Below are positions 36,702 through 46,458 of a stretch of DNA of 64,000 nucleotides, piece after piece (within the stretch, counting starts at the first letter, position 1; the number at the start of each line of letters is the position of its first letter). The position numbers were made by a program, and so were the translations under genes. The notes beneath the pieces are model-generated. The model saw nothing but the letters and a program-made list of their open reading frames with translations. It was not told where the DNA came from and ran no database searches. Origin of the DNA: Oceanispirochaeta sp. (lineage in GTDB: Bacteria > Spirochaetota > Spirochaetia > DSM-2461); contig CAXXXD010000004.1 in the NCBI GenBank assembly GCA_963663385.2, forward strand, positions 800,001 to 864,000, in the 5' to 3' direction.

Positions 36702-38057
36702 ATGTCCCCAGTTTCAGATAAACCGCACGTTCTGTTAATTAATCCTCCCATCTATGATTTTGCCCTTTACGATCTTTTTCTCAAGCCCTATGGACTGCTT
36801 AGAATCGGCCGCTGGCTGGAAAAATCCGGATATGAAGTGAGTCATCTGAATGCACTGGACTACAGGGATGAGCTTAGTCTGGAGCAGTTGGGTGCCCCCC
36901 ATCGAAGAAAAGACGGTACAGGGAAGTTTTTCAGACAGGAGCAGCCCTATCCGGATACTCTTGTTAAAATCCCCCGGAAATTCGCCCGTTACGGTATTCT
37001 GGAGGAGAGCATCTGCAGCCGTTTGAATGCTTTGGGGAGAGATCCGGATCTTATCCTGATTACTTCCGGGATGACCTACTGGTACCGGGGAGTGCAGGAG
37101 GCGGTTAAGCTGTGCAGGGAGGCTTTTCCTTCCGCTCCCATCGGGATCGGCGGGATTTATGCCACCCTTATGCCTGATCACTGCAGGCAGGTATGCGGGC
37201 CTGACTTTGTGACGAAAGGGTCTGTCTGGCCGGGGATTATCCCCGAGCTTGAGAAAAGGAGGCTGCCGGTTCCCGATGGCCCTCCGGGGCTGGATATTAT
37301 GAGGAACGATCCAGTCTGGCGGGACAGTGCGGTTTTGCGGTTAAACGAGGGCTGTCCCTTTCACTGTGACTACTGTGCCTCCAATCTTATCAGTCCCCGC
37401 TTCAGTTCCGGGCAGGTCTCTGAGGTGATTGATATGGTTGCATCCCTCTATAGGCGGTGGGGAACCAGAGACTTTGCCTTTTATGATGATGCTCTTCTGG
37501 TTAACAAACAGGAGGTCCTTGTCCCTTTTCTGGAGGAGATTATCCGACAGGGACTGCCTCTCAGGTTTTACAATCCCAATGCTCTTCACATCCGCTATCT
37601 GGATGAGGAGATCCTGAAACTGATGATGCGGGCGGGGTTCCGGGAAATCAGGATGGGATTTGAGAGTTCCGACGATGATTTTCATGAAAAAAAAGACGGA
37701 AAAGTAACCATGAGCACTTTCGAAGCTGCTGTGGATGCCATAAAACGTTCAGGGTTCCCTCCGGCCAGGGCCGCTGTCTATATCCTGGCCTGTCTGCCCG
37801 GACAACGCTGGGAGGAGGTGGAAAAGTCCATCCGCTACGCGGCCCGTTTCGGTCTGCGCTGCCGGATTGCCCAGTACTCCCCCGTACCGGGTACGGCACT
37901 CTGGGAGGAGAGTCTGAAGGCCAGCCCGCTCCCTCTGGCAGAGGAGCCCCTCTACCATAACAGCACGTTTCTTTCCATGGAGTGGGAGGGATTCACACGG
38001 GACGATCTGGAACGGCTGAAGAGGCTCACCCAGGACCTGTATCAGGGCTCCTTCTGA
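36702..38057 (+). CDS. B12-binding-domain radical SAM protein
   Basis: LLINPP, PYGLL, GGIYATL, GCPFHCDYC, FYDDALL, MGFES. Confidence 0.9.
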   Translation: MSPVSDKPHVLLINPPIYDFALYDLFLKPYGLLRIGRWLEKSGYEVSHLNALDYRDELSLEQLGAPHRRKDGTGKFFRQEQPYPDTLVKIPRKFARYGILEESICSRLNALGRDPDLILITSGMTYWYRGVQEAVKLCREAFPSAPIGIGGIYATLMPDHCRQVCGPDFVTKGSVWPGIIPELEKRRLPVPDGPPGLDIMRNDPVWRDSAVLRLNEGCPFHCDYCASNLISPRFSSGQVSEVIDMVASLYRRWGTRDFAFYDDALLVNKQEVLVPFLEEIIRQGLPLRFYNPNALHIRYLDEEILKLMMRAGFREIRMGFESSDDDFHEKKDGKVTMSTFEAAVDAIKRSGFPPARAAVYILACLPGQRWEEVEKSIRYAARFGLRCRIAQYSPVPGTALWEESLKASPLPLAEEPLYHNSTFLSMEWEGFTRDDLERLKRLTQDLYQGSF

Positions 38058-38060
38058 ATC

Positions 38061-38244
38061 AAACCCCTCTCCCCCTCGGCTCCACTTAATCTCTCTGGAG
38101 GGGAGACATCAATTTTGTTTCCCTCCTTTGGAATAGTTTAAGGGGAGGCAGGGAAAAGCAATACACTAGCCCCTCTCTGGCTTCTCCTTATAGAAGATTA
38201 TAAAGACATTTTCCCCCTCCTCGAGGAGGGGGCCAGGGGGAGGT
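38061..38244. repeat. REP-like cluster of C-rich/G-rich palindromes
   Basis: perfect 20-bp palindrome CCCCCTCCTCGAGGAGGGGG (38213-38232) plus degenerate CCCTCC...GGAGGG arms between convergent genes. Confidence 0.55.
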
Positions 38245-38257
38245 CCGGGAAGGCTGG

Positions 38258-39304
38258 TCAGGACAGGAAGCTGTCCATGGCATTTTCCGGTTTCAGCTCC
38301 CGGTTGAGAATTTTGTAAACCAGCTGGATAATGGGCAGTTTCAGGTTGTACTTTTCTCCGAATTCAACGGCATAGCGGGCGGCTACCGCGCCTTCGGGGA
38401 GGTAGCCGATGGAACCTATATTATCAATAAGATCATCAATCCCCTTAAACTGCTCGTGTATTCTTTTCAGAATGATATCTCTGCCGAAGCGTCTGTTTCT
38501 TCCGAAGGGAGAGCGGCAGGTTACATCCAGGTCTCCTACTCCCGCAATGGAGGTAAACGTTTCGGGGTGTGTGGATCCCAGGCTCTTGCCAAGAAGCTGA
38601 ATTTCATTCAGCCCGCCCGCAAAGAGAAAGGATTCCGTATTATCTCCCACCATGGCTGTGGTTTCTTTCAGGGCATCCAGTATCCCGAAAGCAATAGCTA
38701 CCACATTCTTAAGGGCCGCACTGGTCTGCACACCGATAACATCCAGGGATGAGAAGAGTCTGGTATAGGGAGAGCTTAAGAGTTCCCTGAACTCTATGGA
38801 ATTCCGCGGATTCAGGGAGGCGCTTATAAGTCCTGTGATTTTTTCCGCACCGATCTCCTCCGCATGACTGGGACCCGATATATAAACCAGATTCCCCTTA
38901 TAGGAGCCGGGCAGGTAGTTCTCCATAGTCTCAAGGATAAACCGGGGGCCGTTCTTTCCGGCCACGAATCCCTTGGTAATGGTCGCAATCAGGGTTTCGC
39001 CTTCCACAATGGAGGGAACAGACAGAATCTGTTTCAGCGTATCCACCAGAAAGAGGGAAGGGGTGGCCATAATAAGGTAGTCCTTTCCGTCTGCAGCTTC
39101 CCTGATATCACAGGTAGCGGTAACGGAAGGGGGAATCTCTGCTCCGGGGAGAAACTGTTTGTTTTCCCTCTCCTCATTGATTTCTCTGGTACCTTCCTCT
39201 GTAAAACTCCAGATTGTAACTGGTACACCCTTCTGTCCCAGTGTTTTCGCCAGGGCTGTACCGAATGCTCCGGCCCCGATTATGCCAACAGTTTTTTCAC
39301 TCAT
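38258..39304 (-). CDS. gpsA: NAD(P)H-dependent glycerol-3-phosphate dehydrogenase
   Basis: GAGAFGTALA, TKG, SGPSHAEE, ALKNVVAIA, AGVGDLDVTC, RNRRFG. Confidence 0.95.
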   Translation of the reverse strand: MSEKTVGIIGAGAFGTALAKTLGQKGVPVTIWSFTEEGTREINEERENKQFLPGAEIPPSVTATCDIREAADGKDYLIMATPSLFLVDTLKQILSVPSIVEGETLIATITKGFVAGKNGPRFILETMENYLPGSYKGNLVYISGPSHAEEIGAEKITGLISASLNPRNSIEFRELLSSPYTRLFSSLDVIGVQTSAALKNVVAIAFGILDALKETTAMVGDNTESFLFAGGLNEIQLLGKSLGSTHPETFTSIAGVGDLDVTCRSPFGRNRRFGRDIILKRIHEQFKGIDDLIDNIGSIGYLPEGAVAARYAVEFGEKYNLKLPIIQLVYKILNRELKPENAMDSFLS

Positions 39305-39316
39305 ATCATTATCCTC

Positions 39317-40042
39317 TTATTGAAAAGTTACGGAATAGAATAACTCCTGCCGGTGCAGAAGCAGATCCAGGAGGGGCAGCTGAATTTTCCACTCCCTGTC
39401 GCCTGTCCGCTCTCCGCCAATGGATGAGAGTATTCTTCCTTCTGTATGGATCGTCAGATCCAGAGAGGCTTTTTCCACTCTGGTCTGCAGTTCGTCTTCG
39501 TCTCCCTTGTGCTGATCTTCAAACAGGAAAAGGAGCATCTCCGTATATTCTGATCGGCTGATATCCGGTTCGGGCAGAAAGTACTGGAATCCCGGGTCCT
39601 GCAGCATGGGGAACAGGCGGAACATCTCCTGAAAATTATCGCTGTTTATCCGGAGATTCAGGGTGCTGCTGCCGCTGTTTCTCTCAAAACCCAGTATGGT
39701 TCCGGCTCTGCCTTCTTCGGTGGAAAAGAGGGCTTCCACATTATGAAACTGTAACCCGCCCTGATAGATTCCCGGAGCAGGCGAGCTGATCTGTACACCC
39801 CGGAAATAAGGGTTTGCAGAAAGTTCCGCAGCTATAGTGTCAGGATCCATGGGCGAGCTGCTTCCGGGAGCGGGAGAACTGAGATCTGTCAGATCTTCCA
39901 GGGTATTCAGGTAGAAATCATCCAGAAGAACACGTCCGGTTGCCTTACCCGAACCGTCTGAATCCAGGTAGATATCCTGATAGACAGAACAAGATGCCAA
40001 AAGAAAAAGGAGAGCAAGCACGGGGAATAGGGGAAGTTTCAA
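39317..40042 (-). CDS. lipoprotein of unknown function
   Basis: signal peptide with LLASC lipobox; GGAGG RBS. Confidence 0.75.
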   Translation of the reverse strand: MKLPLFPVLALLFLLASCSVYQDIYLDSDGSGKATGRVLLDDFYLNTLEDLTDLSSPAPGSSSPMDPDTIAAELSANPYFRGVQISSPAPGIYQGGLQFHNVEALFSTEEGRAGTILGFERNSGSSTLNLRINSDNFQEMFRLFPMLQDPGFQYFLPEPDISRSEYTEMLLFLFEDQHKGDEDELQTRVEKASLDLTIHTEGRILSSIGGERTGDREWKIQLPLLDLLLHRQELFYSVTFQ

Positions 40043-40260
40043 AAAATACCTCCAATTGTCTCTAAAACCTGTTTCGGTTTGTTAGATTATACTATTGAGA
40101 GTCTTAGGAAAAGGGCTGGTTACGGAAGTGTTCTTATTTTTCATGACAATACCGGGAATTCTGTCCGCTTTATTCCCGGATTGTAAAAGTAGGTTGGTAC
40201 ATCCTGCCTCTTATACTGTATAATAGGATAAATAAAATTGATGTGATCAAAGGACCCTCC

Positions 40261-41151
40261 ATGGATATACGTGAGCTCCAGCTCTTTATGAAACTGGCTG
40301 AAACCCTGCACTACACCCGGACCAGTCATCTTATGGCTATCAGCCCTTCTGCCTTAAGCCGTACCATTCAGCGTATGGAGGATCAGGTGGGACAGATGCT
40401 TTTCTTCCGGGATAACCGGGGGGTCATCCTCACTCCTGCGGGCCAGCGGTTCAGAGAGTATGCCAGGAATGTTCTGGATCTCTGGCAGACCATGCAGAAC
40501 GATCTGTCCGAAGATGATAATGAGGTCAGGGGAGAGCTGACCGTCTACAGCTCTGTAACCGGCTGTTACACGATTCTTCCTGAACTGCTCAGTTCCTGCC
40601 GGGAGAGGTTTCCCGGGATTCATATAGTATTGAAGACCGGTTCCGCCGCCGATGCGGTATCGGCTGTAGTCAATGGGATTACGGATCTTTCCGTGGCGGC
40701 CGAGCCGGATGTTATGCCCGAGAATCTGATATTCCTCAATGTAACCGAAACGCCCCTTCAACTGGTGACATCCTCCATGGCGTGTGAAGTCAATGCCATG
40801 CTTGAAGGAGGGGACAAACCATGGTATGAGCTTCCCCTTATCCTTCCGGAAAAGGGCCTGGCCAGAAAGAGGCTGGACAAGTTTTTCCGGAGCCGGCAGA
40901 TTCACCCTGATATTTACGCTGAAGCGGATGGAAATGAGGCAATTATCGCCCTTGTCAGTCTGGGATTCGGTGTGGGGATTGTGCCGTCACTGGTAAGAGA
41001 GAACAGCCCCATGAGGGAATATATAAATATTCTGGAGGAGGTGAATGAACTGGAACCCTATCGGGTGGGTCTTTGTGTAAACAGACGAAACAGTCAGACC
41101 CCCATTGTCCGGGCTTTTACATCTCTGGTTGAACTGATTGGAGAAAATTGA
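40261..41151 (+). CDS. ilvY: LysR family regulator, IlvY-like
   Basis: MDIRELQLFMKLAETLHY...SPSALSR.IQR.E....LF.RDNR; GEL..YSSVT; TGSAADA. Confidence 0.8.
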   Translation: MDIRELQLFMKLAETLHYTRTSHLMAISPSALSRTIQRMEDQVGQMLFFRDNRGVILTPAGQRFREYARNVLDLWQTMQNDLSEDDNEVRGELTVYSSVTGCYTILPELLSSCRERFPGIHIVLKTGSAADAVSAVVNGITDLSVAAEPDVMPENLIFLNVTETPLQLVTSSMACEVNAMLEGGDKPWYELPLILPEKGLARKRLDKFFRSRQIHPDIYAEADGNEAIIALVSLGFGVGIVPSLVRENSPMREYINILEEVNELEPYRVGLCVNRRNSQTPIVRAFTSLVELIGEN

Positions 41152-42170
41152 GTTTTATGGAGAGTCCTGACGAAAAAAAACTGCTTATAATGAAGATCCT
41201 CGGGGAAGAGGAACAACCCCTCTCCAGTCAGATAATTAAAGAGCGCCTGGAAGAGAGGGGAACCAAAATGAGTGAGCGGACAGTCCGTTTTCACATGCTG
41301 GCCCTGGATAAAGCGGGACTTACAGAATACAGGGAGAAGAAAGGGCGTTTTCTGACCTCTCTGGGGTATAAGGAACTGTCAAGGACGCAGGTGTATGAAC
41401 GGGTCGGGTTCCTCTCCGCAAGGATTGATGAGCTGTCCTACCAGATGAATTTTGACTGGAAGAAACGGAGAGGAAGCGTTCTGGTAAACGTCAGCCTGAT
41501 ACCTCAGGAGAAAAGCTCTATTGTTTATCATATGATAGCTCCTGTTTTTGAATCGGGGCTTACTATGGGACGCAAGGTCATTATCTTCCGTTCGGGAGAA
41601 AAAATAGGGGATTTTGAAATTCCTTCCGGATATTTCGGTTTTGGTACTGTAAGTTCCATTACTTTAAATGGAATTCTGCTGCGTTCAGGAATCCCTGTAA
41701 AATCCCTATTCGGGGGACTTCTGGAGGTCCGGGGCAGCCGGCCTGACCGATTTGCCGCCATTATTAATTATGATGGCACAAGCCTTGATCCTCTGGAGAT
41801 ATACATAAACAGTGGTATGACCCGCTGTAAAAATGCTGCGGAGGCAGGATTCGGGACAGTCGGAGCCAGTTTCAGAGAGATACCTGCAGCCAGTCTGGAT
41901 CAGGTTATGGATATTAATGAGGGCATGATTGATATGGGGCTGGGAGGCATTCTGAAGATAGGATATTCAGGGCATGCTCTGCTGGATATCCCTGTAGCGG
42001 ACAATCGGATCGGAATGGTTACGGCAGGAGGACTGAATTCCGTATCCGCTCTGGTAGAATCGGGCATACCCGTTAAACCCAAAGTCCAGTCCGGTCTGAT
42101 AGATTTCAACAGGCTGATTCCCTATAATGACCTTTTCGGGGAGCTGCAGAAGATCCGCAGCGGCCGCTGA
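41148..42170 (+). CDS. NrpR-family nitrogen regulator (HTH plus DUF128)
   Basis: SERTVRFHM..LD, GSVLVNVS, GTVSSITLNGILL, GTSLDPLEI, GASFREIP, GGLN. Confidence 0.8.
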   Translation: MSFMESPDEKKLLIMKILGEEEQPLSSQIIKERLEERGTKMSERTVRFHMLALDKAGLTEYREKKGRFLTSLGYKELSRTQVYERVGFLSARIDELSYQMNFDWKKRRGSVLVNVSLIPQEKSSIVYHMIAPVFESGLTMGRKVIIFRSGEKIGDFEIPSGYFGFGTVSSITLNGILLRSGIPVKSLFGGLLEVRGSRPDRFAAIINYDGTSLDPLEIYINSGMTRCKNAAEAGFGTVGASFREIPAASLDQVMDINEGMIDMGLGGILKIGYSGHALLDIPVADNRIGMVTAGGLNSVSALVESGIPVKPKVQSGLIDFNRLIPYNDLFGELQKIRSGR

Positions 42171-42172
42171 GC

Positions 42173-44020
42173 TTACAGTTCTTTAAGAATCAACTCGCGG
42201 ATTTCTCCCGTTTCCAGGTGAGTCAGGCTGCGGTGCAGGCCTGCATCAATCCCCTCAGTCCAGGTCTGGGTTATCTGAAGAGTATCCCCATGGGAAACCA
42301 GCAGTATCTTTTCGTTGCAGTACTCTTCTTCCAGCTGACGGATTAGAATCCTGACCCGTTCCTGAACTTCCTCAGGGCTTTCCACACCGTACTCCGTATT
42401 CCTGTCGTTCTTTTCATCCATCTGCCAGACCATCTTGTAGTAGATGTCCTCTTTTCCGTCATAGCGGCCGAAAAAGCGTTCCCTCAGGAGTACCGATGTC
42501 CGGGGCGGTTTTGTTTTAAGTACTTTAGCCGCTACATCTGCGGTTTCTCTGGCCCTGAGGAAATCTGATGAAATAATTATGGTAGAGCTGTCCAGTTCAT
42601 TCTGATTTTGCAGGGACTCCCGTATCTGCTTTTCACCCTCCCGGGTCAGGCCGTAGTTATTGAGCCCGTTGCTGAAGTGACTGACAATAATACCCTGATT
42701 ATTCGCCTCGCTTCTTCCGTGACGCATAACAAAATAGCGGTTATGCCAATTGGACAATTCCCCCAGAAAATTCTGGAGGGTTTCTTCCAGCAGGGGCAGT
42801 TCGTGTTTTCCCTTTTTGTATGTTCTTCGTCTTACAACAGATGAGAGTATATGGGCTGTGGAGCGGGGTTTATACCGGCTGAGGGTTTCACTGTAGAAAT
42901 CTTCCAGTTTTCCCGTACAAATGGAAATGGAATACTCTTCAGCCTTTAAACTGGCTTCCTTCTTTTTTTTGGCATAAAGGTCCGGGTTTTCCATCAGATC
43001 CAGAACCGTCCGGCTGAATACTTCGGGATCTTCCGGGACAGGGAAACCACCCTTACCGTCTGTCATTACATCACCGATACCTAGAGCATCCACAACAACG
43101 GCAGGGATTCCGGAAGCCATAGCCTCCAGCAGCACAAGCCCCTGTGTTTCCGTAACAGACGCAAAAACAAAGAGATCCGATTGGTGAAATATCTCCATAA
43201 CCTCCTCGTGCGGACGGAAGCCGGCAAAACTGATGAATCCGGAAAGATCCTTCAATACAGCCTTCTCTTCCAGTTCCTCTCTGACAGCCCCGTCTCCCAG
43301 AAGGAGGAGATGGTAATTTTCACTGTTCATTTTATGAACAATCTGATCCATCACCTCAAGAAGAAAGGGGACGTTTTTCTCCCTGACTATCCGTCCTGCA
43401 TAGACAAGAATTTTCCTTCCCTCAGGGATTCCGAACTTTTCATGCAGATCATTCGTTTTGCTGTCGGAAAAATCCCCGGTCTTAATCCCTGAGGGAATAA
43501 TCCGGATAGGGCTGCGGGTACCGTATTGAATAAGAGCATCCTGAATCTTTTTGGTAGGCGCCACGATTCCGTCGCAGCGATTACAGAACAGGGATGAGTA
43601 ACGTTCGGCGGTCATCTTTGTATACCTGGAACCCAGGGGGACATAATGGACATAATCCGGCCAGAAGGTATGGTATGTATGGATATGAGGAATTTTCAGA
43701 TACCGGCTGATGGGGATTGCTTTGAGTCCCATGGACCCCGGAACATGGGAGTGTATCAGGTCTATATCCAGTTGCCTGAGTTTTTGTATGATGCTGCCGT
43801 ATCCCCTGGATACCTGAAATTCCTTAATTGCCCTGATGGGAAACCCTGTCGAAGGAAAACGAAAAACATTTTCTTCTGAAGATTGACTCGAATTGAAATC
43901 GGGGGCAAGAATATATACTTCATGCCCCCTTCGGATCAGTTCCTCCGCAGAGGAGCGGATGGAAGTAACGACTCCATTAATCTGGGGAGTATAGGTATCG
44001 GTTAACATGGCTATCTTCAT
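42173..44020 (-). CDS. GT4 glycosyltransferase (diacylglycerol glucosyltransferase-like) fused to a histidine phosphatase
   Basis: TDTYTPQINGVVTS, GRIVREKN, ETQGLVLLEAMA; then MRHGRSEAN, SDFLRARETA, LRERFFG, LVSHGD. Confidence 0.9.
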   Translation of the reverse strand: MKIAMLTDTYTPQINGVVTSIRSSAEELIRRGHEVYILAPDFNSSQSSEENVFRFPSTGFPIRAIKEFQVSRGYGSIIQKLRQLDIDLIHSHVPGSMGLKAIPISRYLKIPHIHTYHTFWPDYVHYVPLGSRYTKMTAERYSSLFCNRCDGIVAPTKKIQDALIQYGTRSPIRIIPSGIKTGDFSDSKTNDLHEKFGIPEGRKILVYAGRIVREKNVPFLLEVMDQIVHKMNSENYHLLLLGDGAVREELEEKAVLKDLSGFISFAGFRPHEEVMEIFHQSDLFVFASVTETQGLVLLEAMASGIPAVVVDALGIGDVMTDGKGGFPVPEDPEVFSRTVLDLMENPDLYAKKKKEASLKAEEYSISICTGKLEDFYSETLSRYKPRSTAHILSSVVRRRTYKKGKHELPLLEETLQNFLGELSNWHNRYFVMRHGRSEANNQGIIVSHFSNGLNNYGLTREGEKQIRESLQNQNELDSSTIIISSDFLRARETADVAAKVLKTKPPRTSVLLRERFFGRYDGKEDIYYKMVWQMDEKNDRNTEYGVESPEEVQERVRILIRQLEEEYCNEKILLVSHGDTLQITQTWTEGIDAGLHRSLTHLETGEIRELILKEL

Positions 44021-44101
44021 ATTTCAACTCTCTATGGGATTTTTTCCCGGAAGGATTTTTTCTGTTAAATTACTTATTTATACAGTTTTCCGGGGCAAAA
44101 G

Positions 44102-45478
44102 TCAGTAGGCATTTTTATTGATGAATCCGTTCACTAGGGTAAGCAGAAGTATTTTGATATCCAGAAAAAAGCTCCAGTTCCTGATATAGTACATATCGAA
44201 CTCGATTCTTTTTTTCAGACTGGTATTCCCTCTCCAGCCGTTTACCTGAGCCCATCCGGTAATGCCGGCGGGCATCTTGTGACGCAGCATATAACCGGGG
44301 ATTTCATCTTTGAAATCCTTGATCAGTTCCGGCCGTTCCGGCCGTGGCCCTACCAGACTCATGGTTCCGGTCAGCACATTCCATAACTGGGGCAGTTCAT
44401 CAATGGAGGTTTTACGGATGAAAGTCCCAAAACGGGTTTTACGGGGATCATTTTCCGTTGTCCAGGTAAAACCTTTTTCTTTGTCAGCTCCCTGACGCAT
44501 GGACCGGAACTTCCACATTTTGAAAATTCTGCCGTTTGTTGTCATCCTTTCCTGTCCATAGAACACCGGTCCGGGGGATGTCAGCTTGACCAGAAGGGCA
44601 ATAATAAGGAGGAGGGGCGAAAGAAGGATTAATCCGACACCTGCTCCGAAAATGTCCAGCAGCCTTTTGGATATCAGGGAAAAATGCCCCTGAGTGGGGG
44701 TATTGATATTTATCAGGGGAACACCGTGGAAATCTTCAATTCTGGCCCCCAGGAGGGTGTAGTTTACCTGGGGAATCAGGATTATGGGAGTTACCTGGTT
44801 GTAGTGAGTTTTAATATATTTCTCCTGACGGCGTACCTTTTTGCCGGAATAGCCCAGAACGATATTATGGGGTTTGAGTCTTTCCACAGCCTCGTCAGCT
44901 TCATCGGCTGTATAGGAGGGGATACCCATTTCATCAGCCTTCCCTTTGGAGTCCGCCCAGCCGATAATCTTCATCCCTGTGGACGGGGTATCTATGATTT
45001 TATTAATAAAACGCTCCACATGTCTGCCCCGGCCTATGACAAAAAGGTTCTGAATCCTTTTTCCCCTTATCCGTTCCATTATTAAATGGTTGCGGAAAGC
45101 GATCCTGTTGGCAGTGAGGAATACCTGGCAGAATAAAAAGAAGAGGATCAGGGTCAGACGGGATATTCGTTCTGATTGAATATTGTATCCTGTCAGGATG
45201 AAAAAAAGCTGTATCTGAAGGTTTACAACCAGAAGACGGGAGAAATCCTTATGCCAGGCCCTTAGTGTGTTACTGGCGTAGAGCCTTTCCCTGTAAAGCA
45301 GAATGGCTGCGGCAATGACAGGTATGGGTGTAAGGCGGAGGAATTTGTAAAAATCCTGAATATTCTGGGCCAGCAGTATGAATCTGACCGAAGTAGCCAG
45401 AACCCATGAAAATCCGACGATCAGCACATCAAAGGTAAAGTGTAGAAATAAATATGTTTTAGACTGTTGATTCAGCAT
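44102..45478 (-). CDS. undecaprenyl-phosphate sugar phosphotransferase (WcaJ-like)
   Basis: [40 protein letters not shown]. Confidence 0.93.
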   Translation of the reverse strand: MLNQQSKTYLFLHFTFDVLIVGFSWVLATSVRFILLAQNIQDFYKFLRLTPIPVIAAAILLYRERLYASNTLRAWHKDFSRLLVVNLQIQLFFILTGYNIQSERISRLTLILFFLFCQVFLTANRIAFRNHLIMERIRGKRIQNLFVIGRGRHVERFINKIIDTPSTGMKIIGWADSKGKADEMGIPSYTADEADEAVERLKPHNIVLGYSGKKVRRQEKYIKTHYNQVTPIILIPQVNYTLLGARIEDFHGVPLININTPTQGHFSLISKRLLDIFGAGVGLILLSPLLLIIALLVKLTSPGPVFYGQERMTTNGRIFKMWKFRSMRQGADKEKGFTWTTENDPRKTRFGTFIRKTSIDELPQLWNVLTGTMSLVGPRPERPELIKDFKDEIPGYMLRHKMPAGITGWAQVNGWRGNTSLKKRIEFDMYYIRNWSFFLDIKILLLTLVNGFINKNAY

Positions 45479-45615
45479 CTTCTGTTTGTTCCGTTTTAGT
45501 TATATTTGTTTAATAAAATAACACGATTCCCTGTATAAAATGTTACAAAAAAAAGTCCGTTATTTGTTTTTTTTGTGTTTTTAAACAGTATAGTTTATTA
45601 AAGGAGGCTTTGCCT

Positions 45616-46344
45616 TTGTGTTTCAGTGTTTCTTTAACAAAATCCGCTTTTGAACGGGATCCGCGTTTTCATTACCTCCTGGAGGAGTATACGGAAGGAA
45701 GTGGGTATCATTATTTCGGTTTTGATTTTCCTTCTCTTCCTGTCCTGCAGTCTGAATATCCCGACAGAGCCGTTCAGGCTTGCTGGGGATTGATCCCCCA
45801 TTGGGCCGATACAGTGGAGAAAGCCCGATCCATACGCTCAAAAACCCTGAATGCCAGGGGAGAAACGTTAGGGGAAAAGCCGTCTTTCCGCAGCAGTTGG
45901 CCCGGGAAACGCTGCCTGCTTCCGGTGGAGGGATTTTTCGGTTATCACAGGGATGAGTCGGGTAAGACCCCCTGGTATATAGCCCGGAAAGACAAAAAAC
46001 CTTTCTATCTGGGAGGCATATACCAGACTTGTCCGAAGGGGTTGGAGGGATTCCCGCTCCTAACTTTTTCTCTCATTACAGTTCCCGCAGTAGGGCTGAT
46101 GGCGGAAGTTCATAATGAAAAGCCCCGTATGCCGCTTATTCTGACAGGAGAAGCTGCTGAGTACTGGCTGGACCTTTCCGTTCCGGCCCCGGTTCCCCTG
46201 GAGCTGGGAAAAGGAATATCCCAGAGGGAACTGCATGCCTGGCCGGTGGATCCAGACGTTTTTAACAGCCATAGAGATACTCCCCGGGTTCGTCAGGGGA
46301 TAGCAAGATGGAACCAAAGCCGGCTTTTTCCTGATAATCCTTGA
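45616..46344 (+). CDS. SRAP (YedK/HMCES) family protein
   Basis: TTG start 8 nt after AGGAGG gives Met-Cys; WGLIP.W, NARGET...KPSF, RCL, H...RMPLIL. Confidence 0.85.
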   Translation: MCFSVSLTKSAFERDPRFHYLLEEYTEGSGYHYFGFDFPSLPVLQSEYPDRAVQACWGLIPHWADTVEKARSIRSKTLNARGETLGEKPSFRSSWPGKRCLLPVEGFFGYHRDESGKTPWYIARKDKKPFYLGGIYQTCPKGLEGFPLLTFSLITVPAVGLMAEVHNEKPRMPLILTGEAAEYWLDLSVPAPVPLELGKGISQRELHAWPVDPDVFNSHRDTPRVRQGIARWNQSRLFPDNP

Positions 46345-46458
46345 CTTATATAAACGCTGATGTACCTTTTGATAAAGGTATAACCATACCTGAACATTCT
46401 TCTAACAGGAACAGCTTATTTTTAAGCTCAGAAATCAAAGCTATTTTTGGGAGTAAAA

